Shown here: positions 27,618 through 37,797 of the stretch, in pieces
Layout of the letters: every line of letters begins with the position of its first letter
Position numbering within the stretch: position 1 is the first letter of the stretch
Origin: Longimicrobiales bacterium
Lineage (GTDB): Bacteria > Gemmatimonadota > Gemmatimonadetes > Longimicrobiales > Gaopeijiaceae
NCBI GenBank assembly: GCA_965116905.1
Contig: OZ220732.1
Span: 2,112,001-2,176,000 of the forward strand
DNA length: 64,000 bases
Reading direction: 5' to 3'
Made by a program: the position numbers and the translations under genes
The notes under the pieces: generated by a model
What the model saw: only the letters and a program-made list of their open reading frames with translations
What the model was told of the DNA's origin: nothing
Databases searched by the model: none

Positions 27618-28631
27618 ATGAAGTCAGCTTCTGCCGGAGCGGCCCGATTCCTGGAGGTGCAGGTCGCCCGCGGACCCGTGGTGGAGTCGAGGCACCGGGT
27701 GCACGGCGTGGTCGTGGACCGATCGGGAACGACGCTCAGCTGGGGTGACCCGGACCTGCGCATCTGGCTTCGCTCGGCGGCGAAGCCGTTTCAGGCCGTG
27801 CCCCTGATCGAAGACGGGGCAGCGGACCACTACGGTCTTTCGGACGAGGAGATTGCCGTTTGCTGTGGCTCACACAACTCGGAGCAGGCGCACATCGCCG
27901 CCGTCCGTTCCATTCTCGACAAGGCGGGTGTCCCGGAGCGGCTGCTTGGTTGCGGGCCGCATCCTCCGCTTCCGGGAGCACGCGGGGTGGCAGGTGCGGG
28001 GGAATGGAGGCGACCCATGCCAATCATGAGCAACTGTTCCGGCAAGCACGCCGGCATGCTGGCACTGGCGGCCTTTCACGGCTGGCCGCTGGAGTCGTAC
28101 ATGCGCCCCGACCACCCGGTCCAGCGACGCATGCGCACCGAGGTCGCGCGCTGGACGGGCGTGAATCGCGAGGGCATGCCGGACGAGGCCGACGGCTGTG
28201 GCGTCCCGACGTTCGCGATCACGTTGCGGGATCTCGCCAGGGGCACGGCTCGCCTGGCCGCGGCGTTCGGGTCCGCCGGGCCGGCAAGGCGGCTGCTGGG
28301 TGCAATGATGCGTGCGCCGTTCATGGTGGCGGGCAGTGGGCGCCTGTGTACCCGGCTGATGGAAGAGGAGCGCGGTCGGGTTTTCGCCAAGGTGGGCGCG
28401 GAGGCGATATACATGGCCGGACACCTGGAGAGCGGTACCGGGGTCGCGGTAAAGGTGGAGGACGGCGCCTGGCGGGCCGCGCCGCCCGCGCTGCTGGCGA
28501 CGCTGGATCGCGCAGGCGTGCTTTCGCGGGGCTCGATGGGGGCCCTGGCGGGTTTCGCGGAGCCCGTGATCAGGAACACCCTGGGTGATGTGGTCGGTCG
28601 CATGAGCGTCAGGGAGGCACCGTGTTCATAG
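27618..28631 (+). CDS. L-asparaginase, class 3 (Rhizobium etli type)
   Basis: ESRH, RSAAKPFQA, NCSGKHAG, DGCG, KVGAE motifs; GGAGG SD. Confidence 0.85.
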   Translation: MKSASAGAARFLEVQVARGPVVESRHRVHGVVVDRSGTTLSWGDPDLRIWLRSAAKPFQAVPLIEDGAADHYGLSDEEIAVCCGSHNSEQAHIAAVRSILDKAGVPERLLGCGPHPPLPGARGVAGAGEWRRPMPIMSNCSGKHAGMLALAAFHGWPLESYMRPDHPVQRRMRTEVARWTGVNREGMPDEADGCGVPTFAITLRDLARGTARLAAAFGSAGPARRLLGAMMRAPFMVAGSGRLCTRLMEEERGRVFAKVGAEAIYMAGHLESGTGVAVKVEDGAWRAAPPALLATLDRAGVLSRGSMGALAGFAEPVIRNTLGDVVGRMSVREAPCS

Positions 28632-29635
28632 ACTCCGTCACGATCGAAGCCGAGGGGGGCCGGGGCGGCTCCGGGGCCGAGGCGTTCCGCCGCGAAAAGG
28701 GCGTGCCGCGTGGGGGTCCGTCCGGTGGCGACGGCGGGAGCGGCGGCGATGTCGCGGTCGTTGCCGATGCCGGCCTGACCACGCTGAGCGACTATCGCTA
28801 CAGGCGGCACCATCGCGCGGAACGGGGAAGGCACGGGGAGGGGTTCAACCGCACGGGAAGGAGCGGGAAGGACCTGGAACTACGGGTGCCCCCCGGGACG
28901 ATCGTCATGGACGACGAGAGCGGCGAGGTCGTCGGAGAGCTGCTTGCGGGTGGCGAGCGCCTCGTGATCGCTCGCGGCGGGCGGGGTGGCCGGGGCAACG
29001 CGCGCTTTGCCTCGTCCACGCATCAGGCGCCCCGCCGCTGGGAGCCCGGCGCGGAGGGCGAACGCCGGCAGATCCGTTTCGAGCTCAAGCTCCTGGCCGA
29101 CGTTGGGCTTGTGGGGGAGCCCAACGCGGGCAAGTCGACGCTGCTGGCGCGGATCAGCCAGGCACGGCCCAAGGTCGCCGACTACCCGTTTACCACGCTG
29201 ACCCCCAACCTCGGGGTGGTGGAGATGTCGGACTTCCGTTCCTTTGTCGTCGCGGACATCCCGGGGATCATCGAGGGAGCGCACGACGGCAAGGGGCTCG
29301 GCCACCGTTTTCTTCGCCACATCGAGCGCACCCGCTTTCTGGCACTGCTGATCCCGATGGATTGCGGCGATCCCGGGAAGATGCTCGCCGGCCTGCGCAT
29401 CGAACTGGAAAGGTACTCCCCCCGCCTCGCTGAGCTGCCCTACGCGGTCGTCTTCTCCAAGATGGACCTCGTTTCGCCGGGATCGGAAGAGCCCATGGTG
29501 GACGCGCCGGATGCGTCGGGCATCTACCACGTGAGCGCGGTGACCGGCCATGGCGTGAACCGGTGGCTGGAGGGTTGCTGGCGGCAGCTGGAAGCCGCCG
29601 ACAGCGACGAGAAGGCCGAGGTCGGCGAGTGGTAG
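28622..29635 (+). CDS. obgE: GTPase ObgE
   Basis: Gly-rich Obg fold, GEPNAGKST, ADYPFTTL, DIPG. Confidence 0.97.
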   Translation: MFIDSVTIEAEGGRGGSGAEAFRREKGVPRGGPSGGDGGSGGDVAVVADAGLTTLSDYRYRRHHRAERGRHGEGFNRTGRSGKDLELRVPPGTIVMDDESGEVVGELLAGGERLVIARGGRGGRGNARFASSTHQAPRRWEPGAEGERRQIRFELKLLADVGLVGEPNAGKSTLLARISQARPKVADYPFTTLTPNLGVVEMSDFRSFVVADIPGIIEGAHDGKGLGHRFLRHIERTRFLALLIPMDCGDPGKMLAGLRIELERYSPRLAELPYAVVFSKMDLVSPGSEEPMVDAPDASGIYHVSAVTGHGVNRWLEGCWRQLEAADSDEKAEVGEW

Positions 29636-30780
29636 CTCCGGCGGGTTCCGTCACCGGGACCGAATCGCGGCGCGTGCCGCCAGGGCCGATTGCGGCGGAA
29701 GCCAGAGCGGCGATGCGGTTGCGGGAACTGCCGGGTCTGGGGCCGGTTCGCTTTCGCAGGCTGGTCGATCACTTCGGGAGCGCGACCGCCGCGCTCGGCG
29801 CGAACGGCGCCGCGTTTGCCGAGCTCGCCGGAAGGCGCGCGGCGGCGGGTCGCCGCGGGGACGCGTCTGCGGTCCGCGCCGATGAGGCGATTGCGCGGTG
29901 CTGCGCGGCCGGGATCGGACTCCTGGTGTACGGAACGCCCGGCTACCCGTCTTCCCTGGGGGCTCTGAGCGGCCCGCCCTCGGTCCTCTTTTTCGTGGGC
30001 AGGGCCAAGGTGTTGCGTCGTCGGTGCATCAGCGTGGTGGGCTCCCGACGAGCGACTGCCTACGGTCGGCGGATCGCCCGCCGCCTGGGCGCCTATCTCG
30101 TGGGCCAGGGCCACTGCGTGGTCTCCGGGATGGCCATGGGCATCGACGCCGAAGCGCATCGCGGTGCGCTGCCCGGACCCACGGCGGCCGTGCTCGGGTC
30201 GGGCGTGGACATCGTTTCGCCGCCCCGCAACGCCGCCCTGTACCGGCGCATCCGGGATGGCGGCGTGATCGTGTCGGAGTACGCCCCCGGCGTGAAGGCG
30301 GAGCCCCACCACTTCCCGGCACGCAATCGAATCATCGCCGCCCTGGCCACCGATGTCGTCATCGTGGAGGCCTCGAAGCGGAGCGGGGCGCTGATCACCG
30401 CGGACATCGCGCTCGACCTGGGCCGGGAAGTCCACGCGGTGCCGGGCCCGATCGACCGTCCCACGAGTGAGGGGACGAACCGCCTCATCGTCGACGGGGC
30501 CGGGGTGATCGTGGACACGGGCCCCGCGGATGGATTCGCCGGGGAAGAGGCGCTCCCGGCCGAGCAGGACCTGCGGACACTGCTTCTGGCGGTGCCCCCG
30601 GCGCCAATCGCCCTCGAGGAGCTGGCCAAGGCGACGAAGATCCCGGTGGAGGAGGTGGCCACATCCGTCACGGTACTCGAGATTCGGGGCTACCTGACCC
30701 CCACCCGGGACGGACGGGTAATGCGCACGCCGGGGCGGCGTGCCGCGGGCTCGGCTTCGGCGGCGGGGCACGGGTCATGA
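29629..30780 (+). CDS. dprA: DNA-processing protein DprA
   Basis: VVGSR, VSGMAMGID, FPARNRIIA, SGALITA, C-terminal wHTH; start uncertain (29629 GTG or 29713 ATG). Confidence 0.9.
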   Translation: MVAPAGSVTGTESRRVPPGPIAAEARAAMRLRELPGLGPVRFRRLVDHFGSATAALGANGAAFAELAGRRAAAGRRGDASAVRADEAIARCCAAGIGLLVYGTPGYPSSLGALSGPPSVLFFVGRAKVLRRRCISVVGSRRATAYGRRIARRLGAYLVGQGHCVVSGMAMGIDAEAHRGALPGPTAAVLGSGVDIVSPPRNAALYRRIRDGGVIVSEYAPGVKAEPHHFPARNRIIAALATDVVIVEASKRSGALITADIALDLGREVHAVPGPIDRPTSEGTNRLIVDGAGVIVDTGPADGFAGEEALPAEQDLRTLLLAVPPAPIALEELAKATKIPVEEVATSVTVLEIRGYLTPTRDGRVMRTPGRRAAGSASAAGHGS

Positions 30781-31919
30781 CCGCTCCGATCACCAACGTC
30801 TACGTCCACGCACCCTTCTGTGCTCGGCGCTGCTGCTATTGCGACTTCGCGGTTCATGTCGACCGCAATCCCGACGGGGGGCGCTGGTTCGACCTGATCC
30901 GAAGGGAATTCCAGGCGCTGCGTGACTCTGGCCGGGCGCCCCTGGCCGAGGTCCTCGACACGCTGTACGTCGGTGGCGGTACGCCGTCCGTCCTCGACGC
31001 GCGGTTCGTCGTCGGGCTGGCCGACCTGATCGGGCGCGAGCGGATGCGGAGTCGCGGCTTCGAGTGGACGGTCGAAGCCAATCCGGAGTCCTTTTCGGCG
31101 GACATCGCCCGCCAGTGGAGGGCGGGCGGCGTAAACCGGGTTTCCATCGGACTGCAGAGCTTCGATCCGCGCGCGCTGCGATGGATGGGTCGGCTCCATT
31201 CGCCGGAGCAGGCGAAGTCCGCGGTACGGAAGGCGCAGGCCGCCGGATTGGCGAACGTGTCCGTCGATCTGATCTTCGGGCTGCCGGACGAGGTGTCCCG
31301 CTCGTGGGAGGACGATATCGAGAGGGTGCTCGATCTGCGCGTGCCACACATCTCGCTCTATGGCCTCACCGTGGAGAAAGGGACCTACCTCGGCCGCGCG
31401 GTCTCACAGGGCCGCGCGCGCATGCCCGCCGACCGTCGCTACCGTGAGGAGTACCTGTTCGCTGCAACCGCACTCGCCGACGCCGGATATTGGCACTACG
31501 AGGTTTCGAACTTCGCGCTGCCCGGGTTTGCGTCCCGCCACAACCAGGCCTGCTGGACGGGGGCGTCCTACCTCGGTCTCGGAAACGGGGCCCACAGCTT
31601 CCACTCGGGACGGCGCTGGTGGAACGAAAGGGATTGGGGCACGTATGCCGAAGGAGTGGAGCGCTCCGGGAACGGCTGCGGCGGAACCGAGGCACTGACA
31701 CCGGAACAGTCGCGCCTCGAGCACGTCTGGCTGGGGCTGCGCACGGCGGCGGGCCTCGACACGTCGGAACTCGGAGCCGGTGCAGACGCCGTGGTCCGCG
31801 AGTGGATCTCGAGGGGTCTGGCCCGGCGGACCGGGGTGCGAACCCGACTGACCCTCGCAGGATGGCTGGTGCTCGACGACCTGACCCTGGAACTCGAGGC
31901 GGCGTTGCAGCGTCGGTAG
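30777..31919 (+). CDS. hemW: Radical SAM heme chaperone HemW
   Basis: YVHAPFCARRCCYCDF, GGGTPS, YEVSNFA, HNxxxW; upstream of hrcA. Confidence 0.9.
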   Translation: MTAPITNVYVHAPFCARRCCYCDFAVHVDRNPDGGRWFDLIRREFQALRDSGRAPLAEVLDTLYVGGGTPSVLDARFVVGLADLIGRERMRSRGFEWTVEANPESFSADIARQWRAGGVNRVSIGLQSFDPRALRWMGRLHSPEQAKSAVRKAQAAGLANVSVDLIFGLPDEVSRSWEDDIERVLDLRVPHISLYGLTVEKGTYLGRAVSQGRARMPADRRYREEYLFAATALADAGYWHYEVSNFALPGFASRHNQACWTGASYLGLGNGAHSFHSGRRWWNERDWGTYAEGVERSGNGCGGTEALTPEQSRLEHVWLGLRTAAGLDTSELGAGADAVVREWISRGLARRTGVRTRLTLAGWLVLDDLTLELEAALQRR

Positions 31920-31985
31920 GAGTTGACGGCGTCGACTTCCGGGGGATTATGTAGATGCCCGGAGCTAACGGACTGGAACTGGATC

Positions 31986-33044
31986 ATGGTGTCCCGACCA
32001 CGCAAGGAAGAGGGTTCGCTCTCGCCGCGGGAGAGCAGTGTGCTGGAGGCCGTCGTGCGCACCTATGTGGAAACCGCCGAGCCCGCGGGCAGCCGCACCC
32101 TTGCCCGGCGGTACGACTTCGGCGTATCGGCGGCCACGATCCGCAACACCATGGCGGACCTGCAGGAGGAAGGCTACCTCACCCATCCCCACACATCGGC
32201 CGGCCGGGTCCCTACCGAAATGGCCTACCGCGTATTCGTGGACAGGATGGTGCGGCCGGAGCCGCTGTCCGCATCCGAAAGGGCTTCGATCGAAAGCGAG
32301 CTGTGGTCGGGCGAATCCACGCTGGAGCGAGTCCTCCGAAACGCCGTACGGGCGCTGGGCATTCTGGTCAATGAACTGGGTGTCGGATCCGTTCCGCAAC
32401 TCGACACCGCGCGCATGGAGAAGATCGACCTGATCCGGGTCTCCTCCGTCAAGGTTCTGATGGTCGTGACGGTGCAGAGCGGCATGGTGCGGACCGTGTA
32501 CGTCGACCTCCCCGGCGATGTCCCGGCCGACGTTCTCGACGGGCTCCAGCGCGTGTTGAACGAGCGCCTGGCCGGCCTCACCTTTGTCGAGATCCGCCGA
32601 TCTTTCGGCGAACGTCTGCGGGACGCCATTGAGGACCCGGTCGCACAGGACATCCTCAACATCTTTGTCGAGTCGAGTGAAGAGTTCTTTGCGGCTGTAC
32701 CGGGCCCACAGGATCAAATCGTCCTTGGACAGACGTCGGCCGTCGCCACCCAGCCGGAGTTCTCCACCAACGAGCGCCTGATGGACCTGATCGCCCTGAC
32801 CGAGCAGAAGGATCTGCTGGCCAGGGTCCTGGGAACGCGTGTCGCCAGAGGTGGGCCGCAGGTGACCATCGGTGGAGAGCACGCTCCGGAGCTTGCCGGA
32901 TTCACCCTGGTGACATCCGGGTACAAGCTCGGGGGATTGAGGGGAGTGGTCGGGGTCATCGGTCCGACCCGCATGCCGTACGAGAAGGTGATCGCGATTG
33001 TCGACTATACTTCATCTCTGGTGACACGCATGCTGCAGCCCTAG
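31986..33044 (+). CDS. hrcA: Heat-inducible transcription repressor HrcA
   Basis: [29 protein letters not shown]. Confidence 0.95.
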   Translation: MVSRPRKEEGSLSPRESSVLEAVVRTYVETAEPAGSRTLARRYDFGVSAATIRNTMADLQEEGYLTHPHTSAGRVPTEMAYRVFVDRMVRPEPLSASERASIESELWSGESTLERVLRNAVRALGILVNELGVGSVPQLDTARMEKIDLIRVSSVKVLMVVTVQSGMVRTVYVDLPGDVPADVLDGLQRVLNERLAGLTFVEIRRSFGERLRDAIEDPVAQDILNIFVESSEEFFAAVPGPQDQIVLGQTSAVATQPEFSTNERLMDLIALTEQKDLLARVLGTRVARGGPQVTIGGEHAPELAGFTLVTSGYKLGGLRGVVGVIGPTRMPYEKVIAIVDYTSSLVTRMLQP

Positions 33045-33061
33045 AAACGATCCGGGAACAA

Positions 33062-34201
33062 ATGTCCGACTACTACACCCTGCTGCGCGTTCCGCGGAGC
33101 GCGAGCCAGGAAGAGATAAAGAAGGCGTACCGCAAGGTCGCACTGGAGTATCATCCGGACCGGAACGCCGGATCCAAGGATGCCGAGGAGCGCTTCAAGG
33201 AGGTCACGGAAGCATACGAGGTGCTCCGCGATCCGGCGAGAAGGGCCAGGTACGACCGGTTCGGTAAGGAGGGACTGCGGGGCCAGCGCGGCTTCGGGGG
33301 CGGCCTGGACTTCTCGGATGCCCTCGAAGTCTTCATGCGGGACTTTGGAGGATTCGGCGGATTCGAGAGCCTCTTCGGCGGGCGGCGGGCCGGGAGTCGG
33401 CCCGTGCGCGGCAAGTCGCTGCGCCTCAAGTTGCCGCTGACCCTCAAGGACGTGCGCAGCGGGGTGAAGAAGCGTGTGCGCGTGGCTGTGCTCGACCACT
33501 GCCTGTCGTGCCGGGGCAACGGTGTCAAGGATGGCGCGATGCCGGTGCGTTGTGCCGTGTGCGAGGGCACCGGAGAAGAGCGGCGCGTCGAGCGTTCGGT
33601 CTTCGGGCAGTTCGTGAGCGTCGCGCCGTGCCGCAAGTGCCGCGGGGAAGGGGCGGTCATCGTCGACCGGTGCCCGGAATGCCACGGCGAGGGCCGAAAG
33701 AGGGTCACCCGCGAGGTCGAGGTCAAGGTGCCGCCCGGAGTTTCCTCCGAGAACTACATCACGCTTCGGGAGGAAGGGAACGTCGGGCCGCGAAACGGTC
33801 CGCGCGGGGACATCGTGGTGCTCATGGACGTGGCCGAGGACCAGCGCTTCGCCCGCGAAGGGAACGACCTGATCGCGGAGGTGCCGATCAACTTCAGCCT
33901 TGCCGCGCTCGGAGGCCGTGTCACCGTCCCGACCGTGGACGACGAGACGCGAGTCGACGTGCCCGCGGGGGTCCAGAGCGGCCACATCGTCCGTGTCCGA
34001 GGAGAGGGCTTGCCCGATCTCGACGGACGGGGGCGCGGCGACCTTCTGGTTCGCCTTGTCGTATGGGTTCCGCAGCGCCTCACCGCCGAACAGGAACGCA
34101 TCATCCACAAACTCCGCTCGGCGGAGAATCCGGCGCCGGAAAAGGTCGATCCGGCGGAGAACCGGGGTTTCTGGTCCAAGGTCAGGGAAGCACTCGGCTA
34201 A
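33062..34201 (+). CDS. dnaJ: Molecular chaperone DnaJ (class A)
   Basis: J-domain HPD, G/F region, four CxxCxGxG repeats. Confidence 0.97.
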   Translation: MSDYYTLLRVPRSASQEEIKKAYRKVALEYHPDRNAGSKDAEERFKEVTEAYEVLRDPARRARYDRFGKEGLRGQRGFGGGLDFSDALEVFMRDFGGFGGFESLFGGRRAGSRPVRGKSLRLKLPLTLKDVRSGVKKRVRVAVLDHCLSCRGNGVKDGAMPVRCAVCEGTGEERRVERSVFGQFVSVAPCRKCRGEGAVIVDRCPECHGEGRKRVTREVEVKVPPGVSSENYITLREEGNVGPRNGPRGDIVVLMDVAEDQRFAREGNDLIAEVPINFSLAALGGRVTVPTVDDETRVDVPAGVQSGHIVRVRGEGLPDLDGRGRGDLLVRLVVWVPQRLTAEQERIIHKLRSAENPAPEKVDPAENRGFWSKVREALG

Positions 34202-34598
34202 GGCCCTCGGCCGCGCACAGCTTCCTCGCGTTTTCCGCTTTTATGACCCAGCGGCACACGCTGACGCGCGATCCGGGATCGATTCCCTGAGCGAGCGCCG
34301 CCAGGGTGGCCCACAGCGACTGAGCCAGACGGGAGTCGGCGGGGGCGTCCCGGGGGTCCATCAGCATGATCCATTCCCCCAGCATCCGGGGCCTCCCCTC
34401 CTCGTCGCAGGTGTCCATCGGCACCTCCAGGAGCAGCAGCCTTCCGCCCGACCGCTCCGACACCTCCCGGAGCGCTTCCCGGTCGAGTTCGATCGGAGGC
34501 CGCTGCTGCCGGAGCTCCTGTCTCAGCAGGCTGGTGGGCAGGACACCGGGTCCGGCTCGGCGCAGGATGTCCACTATGCATTCCGTCGTTCGAACCAT
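34182..34598 (-). CDS. Hypothetical protein, convergent with dnaJ
   Basis: 138-aa ORF with globular-looking composition filling an otherwise unassigned gap; overlaps the dnaJ 3' end by 20 bp. Confidence 0.5.
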   Translation of the reverse strand: MVRTTECIVDILRRAGPGVLPTSLLRQELRQQRPPIELDREALREVSERSGGRLLLLEVPMDTCDEEGRPRMLGEWIMLMDPRDAPADSRLAQSLWATLAALAQGIDPGSRVSVCRWVIKAENARKLCAAEGLSRVLP

Positions 34599-34820
34599 CC
34601 TTCGTGTGCCTCGCTTTCGGGCGGCCTTGCCTTCGCGGGCCTCTCTTGAGCAGGGACGCGGAGCGTTGCCAAGCGCCCCTAGAGTACCCGTTGTTTCGGG
34701 AGCCTCCTATAGCTGAATGGGACTAATGTACCGCGAGCCATTCGGGAGCATGGGATCTTTCGTCATATTTGACGGGTCGGACCAATCGGAATGCTACCCA
34801 AGCGGAGGGGCCTGCCAGCC

Positions 34821-35252
34821 ATGCTCATCGAGACCTTGCGGGCGGATCTTGCCGCCGCCCGCCGTTCCAGGGACAAAGTTCGCACGCTGGTGCTCTCCAC
34901 CACCCTGGCCGATGTGCGAAACCGCGAGATCGAGTTGGGCACAGCTTTGGACGACCAGGGGGTCCAGGAGGTCATCGCCAGAGCGATCAAGCAGCGGCGC
35001 GACGCAGCGGCCCAAATGACCGCGGGCGGACGGCCCGAACTGGCGGAGAACGAGTTGACCCAGGCCGCGGTTCTCCGCGACTACCTTCCACCCGAGTTGA
35101 CCTCCGTGGAGGTGCGCGACATGGTCAGGGAGATCGTTGCGGAGGGTGGTGGCCACATGGGGGTCGTCATGTCCCGGTTGATGCCGCGCATTCGCGGCCG
35201 ATTCGATGGAAAGGCGGCCTCGGCGATCGTGCGCGAGGAGCTGAGCGGCTGA
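34821..35252 (+). CDS. GatB/YqeY-domain protein
   Basis: IKQRRDAA, GGRPELAE.E, DYLPPEL, MGVVM..GRFDG pattern; GGAGG SD. Confidence 0.9.
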   Translation: MLIETLRADLAAARRSRDKVRTLVLSTTLADVRNREIELGTALDDQGVQEVIARAIKQRRDAAAQMTAGGRPELAENELTQAAVLRDYLPPELTSVEVRDMVREIVAEGGGHMGVVMSRLMPRIRGRFDGKAASAIVREELSG

Positions 35253-35305
35253 TGACCGGGCGGCTGATGACCGGGCGGCTGATGACCGGTCGGCTGATGA
35301 CCGGC
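35246..35305. repeat. 4 x 15-bp tandem repeat CGGCTGATGACCGGN spanning the yqeY stop codon
   Basis: Units at 35246, 35261, 35276, 35291, differing only in the last base. Confidence 0.92.
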
Positions 35306-35413
35306 GTGTCGAAGGAAACGCTCGTTCCCGCCCGCGAGGCGTGCGAGTGCCTGCGGCGCGGAGGGGTGTCGGCGGGCGTGAGGCCCGGGACGCAGCAGCC
35401 CCGGTAGTCGGCA

Positions 35414-37795
35414 ATGTATGCCCGCGCTCTTCAGGTCCTCGAGTTCGCGGGAGTGCTGGAATACGCCGCCGGTTTCGCCTGCAGCGAGGCCGGGCGGCGG
35501 GCGATCCTGGCGCTTGAGCCGTCCCTGGATCCGGAGAGCGTGCGTGCGCGGTTGACCGAGGTGGCCGAGGCGGGGCGCTTCGTCGCTGCCCGGGAGGCGT
35601 GGACGCTTCCCGCCTTTCCGGACGCCAGGCACGCGATCAAGAGACTCGGGGTGGAAGGCTCGGTGCTGTCGCCGCAGGAACTGCACGCGGTGGGGGAACT
35701 GCTGGCGGCCGGCCGTGTGCTGCTCGGGTCGCTGAAGGAGGACGCGACGGACCTTCCCACGCTGGTGGCGCTGGGATCCCGGCTGCTGGCGGAGACCGGG
35801 ATCGAAGCGGCCGCTGCGCGGACCGTCGACGCGGAGGGCGCGGTGCTGGACGCCGCAAGCAGCGAACTAAAACGCATCCGCAGACGCCTGAGCGGTGCCC
35901 ACAACCGGGTCGTGGCGCATTTGGAGCGGTGTCTCGATGGCCTCGATGAACGCTACCGGGTGCCCGGTGCATCGGTCACGATCCGCGAGGGGCGCTATGT
36001 GATCCCGGTGCGTCGCGAGGGAAAGCGGGCCGTCGGGGGGTACGTTCACGATGAGTCGGCGTCCGGGGCGACGGTCTTTGTCGAGCCGTCGTCCGCGATC
36101 GAGATCATGAACGGGGTTCGCACGCTGGAGAGGGCCGAGGTCCGGGAAATCGAGCGCATTCTGCGCCAGCTCACCGACCGCTGCCGCCCGCTCACCGGGG
36201 AACTGGCGCGGTCGCTGGCCGCGCTGACCGAAATGGACCGGCGAGTTGCGCTGGCACGCGTAGCGGGGCGGTGGCGGGGAACGGTCCCGGAGATGGGCGA
36301 GGGGGCGCTCCGTATCCGCGAGGGTCGTCACCCGCTGTTGATCGCGGCCGGAGTCGACGCCGTTCCCTTCGATCTCGACCTTGATCCGGAAGAGAGCGTG
36401 GTCGTGGTCACCGGTCCCAATACGGGCGGCAAGACGGTCTTCCTGAAGTCGGTGGGCCTGATCGCAAGCCTCGCGCAGGCCGGAGTGATTCCGCCGGTTG
36501 GGACGGGGACCCGCCTGCCCGTCTTCCGCGCCATCTTCGCCGACGTAGGGGACGAGCAATCCATCTCCGACAGCCTGTCCACCTTTTCGGCCCATCTCCG
36601 CAACCTGCAGGAGATCCTGGCAGAGGCCGACGCGGATTCGCTCGTGCTGGTTGACGAGCCCGGCGCGGGCACCGACCCGAAGGAGGGGGAGGCGCTGGCC
36701 CGGGCGATGATCGAGACCCTGGCGGAACGCCGGTGCGCGGCCGTGGTGACATCGCATCTGGGCGGGCTGAAACGCCTCGCGGCGCCAGGCAGCGGGATTG
36801 TGAACGCTTCACTCCATTTCGATGGCGAGCGCCTTGCGCCCACCTACCGTTTCTCGAAGGGACGGCCCGGCCGCAGCTATGGCCTGGCGATCGCGCGGGG
36901 ATTGGGTTTCCCGGCCGAAGTGCTGGATCGGGCAGAGCGCTACCGGGACCGCGCCGACGCCCGCCTGGACGACCTGTTGGAGAGCCTCGAGGAAAAGGAG
37001 CACCGCGTGGCGCGGGTGCTCGCGGAACTCGACGGGGAGCGGAAACGACTCACGGCGCTTGGCGGGAAGCTCGAAGCGCGCGAGGACGACCTGCGACGCC
37101 TTGAACGCGAACACACCGCACGCGCGCGGACCGACGCCCGCCGGATGCTCCTGGAGGCCCGCAAGGAAGTCGAGTCGGCCATTGCCGGCCTGAGGAAGCG
37201 AGCCGATTCCGGCGACTCGTTGCGAGAGGCCTCGAAGGCGGCTCGGCGCACCGTCGAAGCGGCGGCGCGGGCTCTGCAGCGACCGCCTCCGGAGACGGCC
37301 GCGCAATCGGTCGGCGATGTCGTCCTGGCCGAGGGAACCAGGGTCCGCATCGGCGCCGCCGGCGCCTTGGGAGAGGTCGTGGCGGTCGAGACGGAGCACG
37401 TGGTCGTCAATGTGGGCGGCGTGCGAATGAGGGTGGCACCGCGGCGTCTGGTGCCAGCCGAGACCGTGCGCGGCGATGACGGCACCGGAGCGGCCGCGGG
37501 GCCCGCATCCGGCTCGGTCGGGAGGGGATCGTGGACCGCACCCGACATCGAGCCGGTCACGGAACTCGACCTGCGCGGCCTGCGGGTCGACGAGGCCGAG
37601 ATGTCGCTTGCGCGTGGGCTCGACGCGGCAGCGGTGGCCGACATTCGCGAGCTACGCGTGATCCACGGGAAGGGAACCGGGGCGCTCCGTGCCCGCGTGG
37701 CGCTTGTTCTGGAACGCGATTCGCGGGTCGAGGGGTTCGAGTCGGCCAGGCCCGCAGACGGAGGCTACGGCGTCACCGTGGCGAGGATGCGCTAG
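35414..37795 (+). CDS. mutS2: Endonuclease MutS2 (Smr domain)
   Basis: SASGATVFVEP, TGPNTGGKT, LSTFSAH, C-terminal LDLRG..IHGKGTG Smr. Confidence 0.95.
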   Translation: MYARALQVLEFAGVLEYAAGFACSEAGRRAILALEPSLDPESVRARLTEVAEAGRFVAAREAWTLPAFPDARHAIKRLGVEGSVLSPQELHAVGELLAAGRVLLGSLKEDATDLPTLVALGSRLLAETGIEAAAARTVDAEGAVLDAASSELKRIRRRLSGAHNRVVAHLERCLDGLDERYRVPGASVTIREGRYVIPVRREGKRAVGGYVHDESASGATVFVEPSSAIEIMNGVRTLERAEVREIERILRQLTDRCRPLTGELARSLAALTEMDRRVALARVAGRWRGTVPEMGEGALRIREGRHPLLIAAGVDAVPFDLDLDPEESVVVVTGPNTGGKTVFLKSVGLIASLAQAGVIPPVGTGTRLPVFRAIFADVGDEQSISDSLSTFSAHLRNLQEILAEADADSLVLVDEPGAGTDPKEGEALARAMIETLAERRCAAVVTSHLGGLKRLAAPGSGIVNASLHFDGERLAPTYRFSKGRPGRSYGLAIARGLGFPAEVLDRAERYRDRADARLDDLLESLEEKEHRVARVLAELDGERKRLTALGGKLEAREDDLRRLEREHTARARTDARRMLLEARKEVESAIAGLRKRADSGDSLREASKAARRTVEAAARALQRPPPETAAQSVGDVVLAEGTRVRIGAAGALGEVVAVETEHVVVNVGGVRMRVAPRRLVPAETVRGDDGTGAAAGPASGSVGRGSWTAPDIEPVTELDLRGLRVDEAEMSLARGLDAAAVADIRELRVIHGKGTGALRARVALVLERDSRVEGFESARPADGGYGVTVARMR

Positions 37796-37797
37796 CC

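Noticed and set aside
35246..35305. Repeat arrays as a possible CRISPR
   Set aside because: Head-to-tail 15-18 bp units with no spacers, and no cas genes
36798..36814. Rex-like TTGTGAACGCTTCAC inside mutS2
   Set aside because: 3-nt spacer, incomplete right arm, deep inside a CDS
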